Assembly: GCA_963847445.1 (NCBI GenBank)
Contig: CAWJZV010000016.1
Coordinates: forward strand, 34,814 to 98,813
Direction: 5' to 3'
DNA length: 64,000 nt
Source: an uncultured delta proteobacterium
Lineage (GTDB): Bacteria > Desulfobacterota > Binatia > UBA9968
The notes under the pieces were generated by a model. That model was not told where the DNA came from. It did no database searches and saw only the letters and a program-made list of their open reading frames with translations. The first letter of the stretch is position 1; each line of letters begins with the position of its first letter. This document shows positions 18,990 to 29,533 of this stretch, piece by piece. A program made the translations under genes and the position numbers.

Positions 18990-20009
18990 TCAGAGCTTGA
19001 GCAGCTTCCTGGCATTGCCCTCGAGAATCAATTGCTTGTCTGTTTCGCTGCAAGGCAATCCCTCGACCTTGTCGACGCACTGCCAATCGCCGAGCTCGTA
19101 AGGAAAGTCGGTGCCGAGCAGCAAACGTTCCGCGCCGACTTTGTTTCTGAGAAAATCGAGGGTTTCCACGTCATAAACTAATGTGTCGAAGTAGAGATTT
19201 TTGAAATACCCGCTCGGCTTCGCCAAACAAGTTGGCGCAGCAGGCCGGCCGGTGCGCCGAGTTGCCCGTTGACCCGTGGTGAACTCCTGGTCGAAACGGC
19301 TCGCATGATACGGAAAAAATCCGCCACCGTGGCAGGTGCAAAGCTTTAGATTGGGAAATCGATCGAACACTCCGCTGTAAATGAGCAGACCGAGGGAAAG
19401 CGTCGTATCGGCCGGATTGCCGCAAACCAGACGCAGACCGAAAGAGCTCATCAGCTCCGTGCCAGCCGGATTGTCCGGATGCATGAAGACCAGCACATCT
19501 AGCTCCTGCGCTTTTGCCCAAAACGGATCGAATTCATCGCTGTCGTAGTAGCGATGGTTAACATTGGTCGCGATGTAGGCGCCGCGAAAGTCGAGTTCGG
19601 CAACCGCGTGCTCCAACACTCGCGCCGCGCGCGCCGGTTCTTGAATCGGCACCGCGGCCATTGCGGTAAAGCGCTCGGGATATTTCCTGAGAAACTCTTT
19701 GACGCATTCATTGTAGACGCGGCACCAGCTCTCCGCCTGTTCGCCTTTGAGGTCGTAGCCAAGAAACTGCGTGCTCGGATCGAGGGCCGCGATCGCGATC
19801 TTGCCGTCCGTCATCATCTGCAAACGCCGATCAACATCCGTCAAGCCATCGAGCAGCGGAAAGCTTGGCCCGCCGGCGAAGGAAACTCGGATGGTGCCAT
19901 CCTTTGCTTCGGCCACTTCGACGCCAAGCGCTTGACTATGCCGCTTCGCCTCGCCGATCACTTCGCCGGGAACGTAGTGATGATGAATATCGACAGCGCC
20001 TGCTTGCAT
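18990..20009 (-). CDS. amidohydrolase_2 family (ACMSD-like decarboxylase)
   Basis: DIHHH, FMHP, CHGGG, LYFDT, GTDFPY. Confidence 0.88.
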   Translation of the reverse strand: MQAGAVDIHHHYVPGEVIGEAKRHSQALGVEVAEAKDGTIRVSFAGGPSFPLLDGLTDVDRRLQMMTDGKIAIAALDPSTQFLGYDLKGEQAESWCRVYNECVKEFLRKYPERFTAMAAVPIQEPARAARVLEHAVAELDFRGAYIATNVNHRYYDSDEFDPFWAKAQELDVLVFMHPDNPAGTELMSSFGLRLVCGNPADTTLSLGLLIYSGVFDRFPNLKLCTCHGGGFFPYHASRFDQEFTTGQRATRRTGRPAAPTCLAKPSGYFKNLYFDTLVYDVETLDFLRNKVGAERLLLGTDFPYELGDWQCVDKVEGLPCSETDKQLILEGNARKLLKL

Positions 20010-20126
20010 GTGTCTCCTCCTTCAGTTCGCGTAAAATTGACTCGTTCGCTAGATGCTGACCGTAAACATTAAGCCAATGACCACGAAACCAAGATTCCTC
20101 GCAGACATGCCAAACTCCCGCACCGA

Positions 20127-21332
20127 TCATTTGTATAATTCGCTCGATCGCCGCTCATCGATCCACGACTTCTCGTCGACGATCGCGAGTGCATCCAAAT
20201 CCGCCGCCACCGCACCGGGGTCGTCCACCCACTGCCGCAGCAACTCACCGCCATTGATCAGATCGATGGCCAGCCGGTTCTTTTCATATTCATACTCAAA
20301 GTCACGCCAAAGATCATATTCCGGCTGCAACAAGCGCAGCGCTTTGAACGCCAGCGCCATCAAACGCCACGGCTTGAAAGCATTATGGTCGTAGCTCGGA
20401 TCGTCGACGTGGATCTGAATGCCGGCGCAGAGTCGTCCTGCGTGTTTGTGGAAGGTCGGCTCGAACCGGCACTCGCGCAGGCGGCAACCGCGCAGCCAGT
20501 CGGGCGCGAGGGCTGCCATTTTCTTTAATAGCGCACGCGGGTCGATATCCGGAGCACCGAATAATTCGAGCGGCCGGGTCGTGCCGCGCCCTTCCGAGAG
20601 TGTCGTGCCTTCGAGCATGACCGTGCCGGCGTAGCAGCGCGCCATCGATAAATTAGGCGCGTTGGGACTGGGATTGATCCAACTTCGTTCGCCCAGCGGC
20701 CAGCCGTAGCCTGGAGGCACTGTCGGACTCCAGCCCTCCATCTTTACCACTTGGCAATCGACATCGAGCTTCAAAGTTTGAACGAACCAGCGCGCCAATT
20801 CGCCGAGCGTCAGCCCATGGCGCATGGGCAATGGACCCGCGCCGACAAAACTCTCCCAGTCGGGGCGGAGCCGCAATCCTTCCACCGGCCGTCCCACCGG
20901 ATTGGGCCGGTCGAGAACCCAGACCGATTTCTTGTGCTGCGCAGCAGCTTCGAGAACATAGCGCAGCGTGGTGATGAAAGTATAAATGCGGCAACCTACA
21001 TCCTGGAGATCCACCAGCAGCACATCGAAGCTAGCCATCATCGCCGCCGTCGGCCGGCGCACTGCGCCGTACAAACTGAAGACCGGAATGCCATGTACCG
21101 GATCGAGAAAATCCGCCGACTCGACCATGTTGTCCTGCTTGTCGCCGCGCAGACCATGCTGAGGGCCGAACGCAGCGCTAAGCTTGATGTCCGGCAGCGC
21201 CGCCAATGCGTCAAGCGAGTGAACCAACTCGCGCGTCACCGACGCCGGATGCGCCAGCAATGCCACGCGCTTACCGGCAAGCGGTTTGCGCAGCGCTGGT
21301 TCCTCCAGCAGTCGGTCAATGCCAAATTTCAT
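20127..21332 (-). CDS. namZ: DUF1343 / exo-beta-N-acetylmuramidase NamZ-like
   Basis: FGPQHGLRG, DLQDVGCRIYTF, LDRPNP, RHGLTLGEL, PSPNAP, EGTTLSEGRGTT. Confidence 0.8.
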   Translation of the reverse strand: MKFGIDRLLEEPALRKPLAGKRVALLAHPASVTRELVHSLDALAALPDIKLSAAFGPQHGLRGDKQDNMVESADFLDPVHGIPVFSLYGAVRRPTAAMMASFDVLLVDLQDVGCRIYTFITTLRYVLEAAAQHKKSVWVLDRPNPVGRPVEGLRLRPDWESFVGAGPLPMRHGLTLGELARWFVQTLKLDVDCQVVKMEGWSPTVPPGYGWPLGERSWINPSPNAPNLSMARCYAGTVMLEGTTLSEGRGTTRPLELFGAPDIDPRALLKKMAALAPDWLRGCRLRECRFEPTFHKHAGRLCAGIQIHVDDPSYDHNAFKPWRLMALAFKALRLLQPEYDLWRDFEYEYEKNRLAIDLINGGELLRQWVDDPGAVAADLDALAIVDEKSWIDERRSSELYK

Positions 21333-21339
21333 TGTAAGT

Positions 21340-21927
21340 CTATTTTAAGCGCTCTGAATAGGAAGTGCGAGTTCGAGGGCGAAAGAATCGGCATGATGAA
21401 AGTCGGGTTCGCCCGCCGGATGCCGCAACGCCCAATACGATAGCGTGCCCTCGTTGCCTTCGATCACCGCGGTCAATCCGATCCGAAGCGTCGTGCCGGG
21501 GTGAATCAGGGACAAGCGATCTAATCGAATCGTTGTCGCAAGCGTCGAGCCGATCGGCTACCTGCTCAACAGAAATTTTGGGAGCGAACGCATCATCGTC
21601 GAGCGGCCAGCCGTCACGATACGCTCGAAATTGATAAGCCGCCCATTCGCTCGACGGCGAGAAATTAAATTCGTAGTAGGCGGGACCGTCTTTCATACCG
21701 ATAAACGCCTCAAAACAGGTGTGCTGCCACAGACCATCGATACGCCGTGATGTTGCGACGGGCGGGATGATGAACTGATTAATGTCCGCTATCAAGGTGT
21801 ACGACAAGGCCAGTGCATGGGATTCACTATTATTAACTTTCGCTTCAATCCCATGGATTGGCTGGCGGTGCGATGCCGGGCCCAAGATAAGGGCCGCGGC
21901 CGCTGAACTAGAGCGCGTCACAGGCAT
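21340..21927 (-). CDS. DOMON-like domain protein (frameshift near 21540)
   Basis: LWQHTCFEAF...YYEFNFSPSSEWAAYQF. Confidence 0.7.
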   Translation of the reverse strand: MPVTRSSSAAAALILGPASHRQPIHGIEAKVNNSESHALALSYTLIADINQFIIPPVATSRRIDGLWQHTCFEAFIGMKDGPAYYEFNFSPSSEWAAYQFRAYRDGWPLDDDAFAPKISVEQVADRLDACDNDSIRSLVPDSPRHDASDRIDRGDRRQRGHAIVLGVAASGGRTRLSSCRFFRPRTRTSYSERLK

Positions 21928-22013
21928 AAAAGACAGGCTGTAAATTCAGCCGCGCGTATAAATGATTGCGATGGCCGCATCAGAACAACGAGACAGCGCC
22001 GTCAATCCAGGAC

Positions 22014-22329
22014 TTAAATCGTCCGAATGTCCTGAGCGATGATCAGGACATCGATCTGTTTGAGCAGACGCTTGAGCCGTTCTTTGAACAGCCTGAAGAA
22101 TTTTTGCGTCTTGCGGTCCGCGCGCGCGATAATTTCAATCTTGATAATATCTTCGATAAAATCGATGCCGCTGATAGTTCCAAGCTCCTTGATACGGCGC
22201 GGCTTGAGAGCTAATCGTTCGCGCGCCGAACACGTCGACCAATTCTTGGCGAATTCGCGTGATTTTTTGCGCTTCGATCTTGGAGCCGTCGTTATACTTC
22301 AGTGGCAGATATATCTCGTACTTTTTCAT
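22014..22329 (-). CDS. small hypothetical protein (1-nt frameshift near 22175)
   Basis: MKKYEIYLPLKYNDG...APYQGAW then, in a shifted frame, GIDFIEDIIKIEII...LKQIDVLIIAQDIRTI. Confidence 0.6.
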
Positions 22330-22491
22330 AGGGCGAGTGACGCTATCGCACAAGCGTATGAGAAAACGATAAAGGCTCGCTATTTTGATGTCAAGAAAAT
22401 GTTTTCGTTGGTTTTTCGTGCAGCACCTTGACAGTTTCCTTGTCGGCCACTAGAACCGACTCATGGATTTTTCAATTTATGAGGAGCGCTC

Positions 22492-23214
22492 ATGGCTGTC
22501 ACGGACTACAAAGGACCAGCAATCGATTCCAGCGAGCTGAAAGAACTCAAAGAGAAAGTCGTCAATGGGTGTCTGATTCTTGACCGCGAAGGTATTACCG
22601 ACGGCTTCGGCCATGTCAGCTTGCGGATTCCGGAACAGGCGGCATTTCTCACCATCGCCCAGGTCAGCCCCGGCTGCGCGGCTTTCGACAAACTGGTTCT
22701 GCTTGACCTCGACGGCAACTATCTCGGCGGCGCTAAACCGGCGCCCTACGAGTGGCCGATTCATGCGTGCATCATGCGCGCGCGCCCGGATGTCATGAGC
22801 GTGTGCCACACTCACTCCAAATGGAGCGCGCTGTTCAGCGTGCTAAAAATAGGTCTCCGTCCGGCGCATATGTACGGCCGATTTCTTCCTGTTGGCGGCG
22901 CGCCCATCTATCCCAAAGCCGGCCTGATCACTTCCGTTGAGCGAGGCCAGGCGCTGGCTGACACATTGAAAGACGGCGCAGCCACTTTGTTGCGCGCTCA
23001 CGGCGACGCCGTCGTCGGCGCCAGCGTCGAGCAAGCGATCCTGCGCACGGTGCAGCTCGCGTTTCTCGGCGAGCTGTCGCACTTGGCGGCGGTTCACGGC
23101 GGGCCGGACTACTTGACCGAAGAGGAATTGGCCACTTTCGCCGGTGACCGGTCCTTTCCAGCGCGCCCATGGGAATATTTCTTGAGCCGCTTGGGTGAAC
23201 GACGCGTTGCTTGA
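22492..23214 (+). CDS. class II aldolase/adducin family protein
   Basis: GFGHVSLR, EWPIHACI, HTHS, LRAHGD. Confidence 0.88.
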   Translation: MAVTDYKGPAIDSSELKELKEKVVNGCLILDREGITDGFGHVSLRIPEQAAFLTIAQVSPGCAAFDKLVLLDLDGNYLGGAKPAPYEWPIHACIMRARPDVMSVCHTHSKWSALFSVLKIGLRPAHMYGRFLPVGGAPIYPKAGLITSVERGQALADTLKDGAATLLRAHGDAVVGASVEQAILRTVQLAFLGELSHLAAVHGGPDYLTEEELATFAGDRSFPARPWEYFLSRLGERRVA

Positions 23215-23286
23215 CAGACAGATGACTGGAAACTATTGTCGCGACAACACATCGATTCAACGCGCAATCAGTCTGAAGGAGCATGC

Positions 23287-24015
23287 ATGGCTGCCAGTCT
23301 CAGGGACATTCCCACCATCGATTCCGCCGAGCTTAAGGAGCTCACCGACAAGCTGATTACCGCCTGTCATATTCTCGACCATGAAGGGGTTACTGACGGT
23401 TACGGCCACGTCGGCGCGCGCGTGCCCGGCGCCGACGCGTTTATCACCATCGCCAATATCAGTCCGGGCGCGGTGACGCGCGAGCGCTTGATCATGCAGG
23501 ATTTTGCCGGCAACCATCTCGACGGCGCCGCGACTCCGCCCAACGAATGGCCGATCCACGCCTGCATTTTCAAAGCCCGGCCGGAAATTGTCAGCGTGGC
23601 GCATACCCATTCCAAATGGAGCACGATCTTCAGCGTGCTGCCGATCAAGCTCAAGCCGCTGCATCATTATGGCAAGTTTCTCTCCGCCGACGGCCCGCCA
23701 GTCTATCAAGGAGTCGGCTTGGTGCGCACGCTCGAACGGGGCGACGACTTGGCAGCCGCGTTGGGCAACGGACCGGCGGTGTTGATGCGCGCCCACGGCG
23801 ACGCCGTAGTCGGCGAAAGCATCGAGCAGATGATCGAGCGCACCACCCGGCTGGCGATGTTGGGCGAGTGGAATCACTTGGCCCTGCTGCACGGCCAACC
23901 GAAATATCTCAGCGCTGAAGAGTTGGAAGTGTACAACGCCGATCAACGTTTTCCCTTGCGCGGCTGGGAATATTTCGTCGGGCGGCTGAGCCGAACCAGA
24001 AATCAATTGGAGTGA
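23287..24015 (+). CDS. class II aldolase/adducin family protein (paralog)
   Basis: GYGHVGAR, EWPIHACI, HTHS, MRAHGD. Confidence 0.88.
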   Translation: MAASLRDIPTIDSAELKELTDKLITACHILDHEGVTDGYGHVGARVPGADAFITIANISPGAVTRERLIMQDFAGNHLDGAATPPNEWPIHACIFKARPEIVSVAHTHSKWSTIFSVLPIKLKPLHHYGKFLSADGPPVYQGVGLVRTLERGDDLAAALGNGPAVLMRAHGDAVVGESIEQMIERTTRLAMLGEWNHLALLHGQPKYLSAEELEVYNADQRFPLRGWEYFVGRLSRTRNQLE

Positions 24016-24080
24016 TGGAGTATTGGAGGAATGGAATACTGGGCATCTCCCCCCATCACTCCATTACTCCATCACTCCAA
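24007..24080. repeat. TGGAGTRW octamer inverted-repeat element
   Basis: TTGGAGTGATGGAGTATTGGAG...CCATCACTCCATTACTCCATCACTCCAA. Confidence 0.75.
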
Positions 24081-24110
24081 TGACCATAAATCGTTGAGGA
24101 GGATAGCATC

Positions 24111-24797
24111 ATGGCCACATCCGCAGAATTTGTCGCAAAATTAAAAAAGGATATCCAGACGTTTCCCAAGATTCGCATCAAGCATCCGTTCTTGAAAGCG
24201 GTCTGCGACGGCAGCGCCACTATGGAGCAAATTCGCGCCTGGGCGATTCAGGACTATCAATTTCGCGCCGCCGTGCCGCGCATCTGTATGCTGCGCTACC
24301 TCGCCTGCACCGATCCGGAGATCGCGCAAAAGCTCTGGGGCGTGGTCGAGGAAGAGATCCACGGCATGGACACCGGCACCGCAGGCCATAACGAGCTGGC
24401 GATTCGGTTTGCCAACGCGATCGGCCTAAGCCAAGAACAATTGGAGAACGCCGTATTGCGCCCGTCGACCGCGGCGCATCTTTATTACGTCGAGCTGATC
24501 ATTCACACATTGCCATGGTTCGTCGTCATGTCGATCCAGATTGGCGCGGAAGGGACCTTCGGACCGGCGGCTGCGGCGATCGGCAACGGCCTGCTGAAAA
24601 ACTACAAGATGAATCCCGATGACGTTCGTTTCTTTACCGTCCATTCGGAAGCCGACGAAGATCACAGCAGCCTGGCCGAAGAGATCGCCGTGCGTTATCT
24701 CCACTCGCCCGCGCTCCAGGAGCAAACCTACAAAGCGACGTTTCGCCGCATGGAACTGCTCTACGACATCTGGTCCATCGACGGCTACGATAAATAA
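24111..24797 (+). CDS. heme-oxygenase-like (TenA/PqqC/CADD) iron-containing redox enzyme
   Basis: KHPFL; EEEIHG...GHNEL; GAEG; FFTVHSEADEDH. Confidence 0.8.
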   Translation: MATSAEFVAKLKKDIQTFPKIRIKHPFLKAVCDGSATMEQIRAWAIQDYQFRAAVPRICMLRYLACTDPEIAQKLWGVVEEEIHGMDTGTAGHNELAIRFANAIGLSQEQLENAVLRPSTAAHLYYVELIIHTLPWFVVMSIQIGAEGTFGPAAAAIGNGLLKNYKMNPDDVRFFTVHSEADEDHSSLAEEIAVRYLHSPALQEQTYKATFRRMELLYDIWSIDGYDK

Positions 24798-24799
24798 GC

Positions 24800-25195
24800 A
24801 AAAACCGGCAGCGCTATACCGAAACGGAGAAGAATATTCACCACAAAGGGACTAGCGCAGCGAAGCCGCAACCGAAAAGAAGAATGGCCGCAAAGAACGC
24901 AAAAAGCGCAAAAAGAATCGGGAGTCGTAGGGGCGGGTTTGAAACCCGCCCTCTTGGCTTTGGCGCATCGAGAGATTTGCGCAAGCCGCGCAAAGTATCA
25001 CGGATAGTAGTACAAGGGTCACAAAGCAGGGGCCGGTCGTGACCGGCCCTACTCGGAAACGGATCATTAAACGCAGAGAACGCAAAGGGCGCAAAGTTCG
25101 GACATCTTTGTAGGGGCGTATGGCATACGCCCTGGGGTGGCGGCACGGCGCTGGTCCGGCGACACAGCTGACACAACCAACGTAGATTTAAACAG
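24800..25195. repeat. mosaic of intergenic repeats (three REP-like palindromes plus CGCAAAG iterations)
   Basis: Palindromes at 24927-24951, 25028-25052 and 25110-25132; CGCAAAGAACGCAAA motifs; GCGAAGCCGCAACC. Confidence 0.65.
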
Positions 25196-25203
25196 TATTG
25201 AAA

Positions 25204-26214
25204 ATGGAACAACTCACCTTAGGATTCATTTCCGCCTTTAACGAACGGGTCGAGCCGCTGATGAACGGCACCATCGAGGTTGAGGGAGTCGAATTGATTC
25301 CCACTTACTCTCATCCGGCCGAGACCTTTTGGCGCCAGTTGAAGTTCGGCGAGTTCGAAGTGGCGGAGATGTCGATGTCGTCGTTTCTGATCGCCCGCTC
25401 CCAGGGCGCCGACATGATCGCGCTGCCGGCGTTTCCGAGCCGCCGCTTGTTTCAAACCGAGCTGTCCTACCATGTCGATGCGGGCATCACGAAACCGCAA
25501 GACCTCGTGGGCAAACGTTTGGGCGTGGCCGAATATCAGCAAACCGCGGCGTTGTGGCTGCGCGGCATTCTCGAACATGACTTCGGCGTGTCGCAGTACC
25601 AGATTCACTGGTACATGGAGCGGAGCGAGGAGATGAGCCACGGTGGCGCCACCGGTTTCAAGCCGCCGCCGGGAATATCGTTTCAGCGCATCGCCGGCAA
25701 CAAGAGCCTGGCGTCGACAATTCTCGCAAACGAATTAGACGTCGCCCATGTCTCAAGCCCGTGGGTGCTGCAAGCCAACACGCTGGACCGCTCGAGCCGC
25801 ATCGCCGGCAAAGGCGATTGGAGCCAAATCAAACCGCTCTTTCCCGACCGCATGGCGGAAGGCGCGCGCTTTTACCGGCAGCACGGTTTTCTCCCGGTCA
25901 ATCACGCCTATATCATCCGCGGCGACATTCACCGCAAACATCCCTGGCTCGCCGGCAAATTATATGACGGCTTTGTCCGCGCCAAGGCCTGCGCCCAAGA
26001 TAAACTAGCGGCACAGATTCCGACGGCGCTGATCTTCGGCCAGGAGTATCTCGCCACGACCCGCGAGCTGATCGGCGACGATCCGTTCCCCTTCGGTATC
26101 GAAGCCAATCGCGCCATGCTCGACACCATCACCCGCTATTCCCATGAGCAGGGCTTGACGCCGCGCCAGATGAAGGTCGAAGAACTCTTCGCCGAGAGCA
26201 CGCTCGACACGTAA
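25204..26214 (+). CDS. 4,5-dihydroxyphthalate decarboxylase-like / PBP-fold protein
   Basis: EVAEMSMSSF, ALPAFPSRR, GKRLGVAEYQQTA, DPFPFGIEANR, HEQGL. Confidence 0.75.
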   Translation: MEQLTLGFISAFNERVEPLMNGTIEVEGVELIPTYSHPAETFWRQLKFGEFEVAEMSMSSFLIARSQGADMIALPAFPSRRLFQTELSYHVDAGITKPQDLVGKRLGVAEYQQTAALWLRGILEHDFGVSQYQIHWYMERSEEMSHGGATGFKPPPGISFQRIAGNKSLASTILANELDVAHVSSPWVLQANTLDRSSRIAGKGDWSQIKPLFPDRMAEGARFYRQHGFLPVNHAYIIRGDIHRKHPWLAGKLYDGFVRAKACAQDKLAAQIPTALIFGQEYLATTRELIGDDPFPFGIEANRAMLDTITRYSHEQGLTPRQMKVEELFAESTLDT

Positions 26215-26348
26215 TTAAGCACGAACGTTGTTTCAGCCGGGAGGGAAATCATGAAACTGATGAGCCGCGTCGCCGTCATCGCTGATCTACAACGACATTT
26301 TCAAGCTGCGTTGACTAAGGCCCGGCGAAGTAACCCGGAGGAGATGTA

Positions 26349-27362
26349 ATGGCGAAGTTGCGTCTAAACTTTATTTCCGCCTTCAACGAGCGCGTCGAGC
26401 CGCTAATGCAAGGCATAGTTCAAGCGGAAGCGATCGAGATCGTGCCGACCTATTCGCACCCATCGGAGACCTTCTTGCGCCAACTGCGAGACATGGAATT
26501 CCCGGTCGGCGAAATGTCGATGTCGTCTTATCTGATCGCCCGCGAGCGCGGTCTCGACATGATCGCGTTGCCGGTGTTTCCCAGCCGCCGGCTGTTTCAC
26601 ACCGAGCTTTCCTACCACATCGACTCTGGAATCAAAAAGCCCAAAGATATCATCGGCAAACGCATCGGCGTCAGCGAGTATCAGCAAACCGCCGCCCTCT
26701 GGCAGCGCGGCATCCTCGACCACGACTTCGGCGTGTCGCAGTACAAAGTCCACTGGTACATGGAGCGCACCGAGGACATGAGCCATGGCGGCGTCACCGG
26801 CTTTACTCCGCCCGAAGGGATCTCGTTCCAGCGCGTGCCGCCGGACAAGAGCTTGGCATCCATGCTGGTCAATCATGAATTGGACGTGGCGGCGATCAAC
26901 AGTCCCTGGAAAAACGCGCCGAGCCAGCTCGGCCGCTCGCACCAGATCACCGGGGCGGGTGGCGACTGGAGCAAAGTGAAGCTGCTCTTTCCCGACCGCA
27001 TCGCCGAAGGCAAACGGTTTTTCGACAAGTGGGGATTTCTCCCGGTGAACCATGCCTACACGATTCGCGGCGATATCTATCGAAAACACCCATGGGTCGC
27101 TTTCAACTTGTACAGCGGCTTTGTCAAAGCCAAGGAACACTTCAACGCCAAGTTGGTCGATAGCATTCCGTCCGGGCTCTTCTTCGGCAAAGAATATTTG
27201 ACCAAGACTCAAGAAATATTCGGCAGCGATCCGTTCCCCTACGGCGTCAAAGCCAATCGAAAGTTGCTGGAAACGCTCGTCGACTTTTCGCACGAACAAG
27301 GACTGATAACGAAAAAACCCAGGATCGAAGAACTATTTGCCGCGAGCACGCTAGATTTGTGA
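26349..27362 (+). CDS. 4,5-dihydroxyphthalate decarboxylase-like protein (tandem paralog)
   Basis: Highly similar to 25204-26214 (ISAFNERVEPLM, TYSHPSETF, EYQQTA). Confidence 0.75.
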   Translation: MAKLRLNFISAFNERVEPLMQGIVQAEAIEIVPTYSHPSETFLRQLRDMEFPVGEMSMSSYLIARERGLDMIALPVFPSRRLFHTELSYHIDSGIKKPKDIIGKRIGVSEYQQTAALWQRGILDHDFGVSQYKVHWYMERTEDMSHGGVTGFTPPEGISFQRVPPDKSLASMLVNHELDVAAINSPWKNAPSQLGRSHQITGAGGDWSKVKLLFPDRIAEGKRFFDKWGFLPVNHAYTIRGDIYRKHPWVAFNLYSGFVKAKEHFNAKLVDSIPSGLFFGKEYLTKTQEIFGSDPFPYGVKANRKLLETLVDFSHEQGLITKKPRIEELFAASTLDL

Positions 27363-27439
27363 CGCTTAAAGCGATGCTGTTGTCGAGGAATGCGTCGACA
27401 ACTCGTCGGTCAACGGTTCCAGCGCGAGCGCCGGCGCAG

Positions 27440-27759
27440 GTTATACTCAAGACCTCCTACGCCTCCGCCGGTGCCACCAACGCGATCTGGAACCTTGCCA
27501 AGGAGCGCGGCAGCGACAAAAAGCGTGGCCTCGATGTCGAAGTTGTTTACATCGGCGTGCTAATTTGGATGAAGCCTACCGCGCCAGCGCAAAGATTCTC
27601 GAGCGAAGTCAATATAAAACCCGCGCGGGGATGAGACTCAAACTGGAGCAAGCGCGGGCGGCCAATCCGGCAAGCACACTCAGCGTCGACGATCTCGTTG
27701 ACGACAGCATCGTGCGCGAGATAGAAAAGGAAGGCTTCATCGACCGGCTCTATCGCTGA
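27440..27759 (+). pseudogene. internally deleted NMT1-type substrate-binding protein remnant
   Basis: N-terminal-like AKERG..KKRGLDVEVVYI joined to C-terminal-like DLVDDSIVREIEKEGFIDRLYR in another frame. Confidence 0.55.
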
Positions 27760-27767
27760 GAGGAACC

Positions 27768-28763
27768 ATGAAAACTATCCTAAAGGACAACCGAGATCTC
27801 GCAGCGCGAGCTATCTTAATATTGGTCCTAGCGGTCCTATCCGTCCGATTCTCCAATGCCCACGCCCAAGAACTAAAAAAAGTCCGCATGGGCTATCCCG
27901 GCTTTCAGTCTGACCTTTCTGACTTTCTTCGTCGCCAAGGATGCCGGCATCTTCAAAAAGCACGGCCTCGATGTCGATCTGGTCCAGCTCGCCGGCGCGG
28001 TGCAGACTTCGGCGTTGGTCTCCGGCGAGATCGACTACCTGACCGGCATCACCGGCCCGCTGGTCGCCGCCGCGCGCGGCCTGCCGTTCAAGGGCATCAT
28101 GGTCACCCATGACCGCACGCTGTTCTGGCTAATCGGCAATCCCGACATCCGCCGCGCCGAAGACCTCGTCGGCAAGACTGTCGCCGTCGATCGCTTGGCG
28201 ACGTTGCAAGACATCGTCGCCCGCGATTTGATCAAACGCAAAGGCGTCAATCCCGATCAAGTGACCTACATTCAAACCGGCTCGGTGTCGAATAGCGTCC
28301 AGTCGCTCAGCCAGGGCAGCGTCGCCGCCGCCGTGCTGTCGCTGCCGCACAACGTCGTCATGGTGCAAAAGGGCTATCGCGAGATCGCCTCGGCGCCGGA
28401 GTTCAACCTGCGCTCCGCCTCCGGCGGCATGGCCACCCATGAAACGAAATTGAAGAAAGGACCCCGCTGGTGTGAAGACGGTGATCCGCGCGGTCTTCGA
28501 AGCGATGGATTTCAACCGCAAAGAAAAAACCTGGATGGTGAATTACATTCCAGAACAAATGGAAGATCCCAGCGAAGGTCGCCGAGGAGTCTTATAAATC
28601 CTGGCTCAACGGTTTCACCACGGACGGCAAGATCCCGATCAAAGAGTTGCAGGACATTTACGATCAGGCGTTCGCGGCAAAATTGATTCCGACTCCCGTG
28701 CCGGCGGCGCAGGTCATGGACTATTCACTGACCGATGAAGTATTCAAGGAAAAGAGGAATTAA
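27768..28763 (+). CDS. ABC substrate-binding protein, NMT1/THI5-like (several frameshifts)
   Basis: Signal peptide AHA-QELKKVRMGYP; AKDAGIFKKHGLDV; ALVSGEIDY. Confidence 0.75.
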
Positions 28764-28764
28764 G

Positions 28765-29433
28765 ATGGCGACTCAAGCATTTGTCGATTCATTGATCAAA
28801 GAGATCATCCAGCCCGGCGTCGACCAGTTGGTCGAACTGCCCTACTTCACCGAGCTGCGCACCGGCAAGTTGTCGACGAAACGATTGCAGGGCTGGGCGT
28901 TGCAGCATTACTTGCACAATCATGCGCTGCTCAAAGGCTTCGCGCTCTGCATGGTCAAGAACAGCCACGATCCCGACCTGTTCAAATATTTTCTCTATCA
29001 GATGAACGAGGAACAGTATCACCCCGATCTGGCGAAAAAGTTCGGCCTGGAGATCGGCCTGCAAGAAGCAGATTTTCACACCGCGACGCCGATCTTCGAG
29101 TGCCTGGCGCACACCAGCAAGACCATCCACGGCATGCTGCTCGGCTCGGCGCCGGAGAACCGCGCCTCGGCGCTGGTTAACGAAACCATGGTGTGCCGCT
29201 ACTCGGAGGAACATATCGCCGCGCTGAAAAAACACTACGGCTTGACCGACAAACAAATTCAATTCTTCACCGTCCACGCCATCGCCGACCAGGAACATAC
29301 GGCGATGGCCAGCGAACTGATCGCCAAGCACGCCAACAGCGAGCACCAACAACAACTGGTGCGCGAAGCCGCCGCCCATATGGTGCGCTTCAAGATCGCC
29401 AAGTTCCAGGGCATTTATAACGCCTACGCGTGA
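28765..29433 (+). CDS. heme-oxygenase-like (TenA/PqqC/CADD) iron-containing redox enzyme (paralog)
   Basis: NEEQYHPDL; VNET; FFTVHAIADQEH. Confidence 0.78.
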   Translation: MATQAFVDSLIKEIIQPGVDQLVELPYFTELRTGKLSTKRLQGWALQHYLHNHALLKGFALCMVKNSHDPDLFKYFLYQMNEEQYHPDLAKKFGLEIGLQEADFHTATPIFECLAHTSKTIHGMLLGSAPENRASALVNETMVCRYSEEHIAALKKHYGLTDKQIQFFTVHAIADQEHTAMASELIAKHANSEHQQQLVREAAAHMVRFKIAKFQGIYNAYA

Positions 29434-29438
29434 CCAAG

Positions 29439-29510
29439 ATTGGAGTGATGGAGTGATCGAGGGATTCCGGCTACCCACCACTCCAACACTCCACTACTCC
29501 ATCACTCCAA
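29439..29510. repeat. TGGAGTRW octamer inverted-repeat element
   Basis: TTGGAGTGATGGAGTGAT...CCACTCCAACACTCCACTACTCCATCACTCCAA. Confidence 0.7.
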
Positions 29511-29533
29511 CTGTCCACTCACGGAGCTAACCC

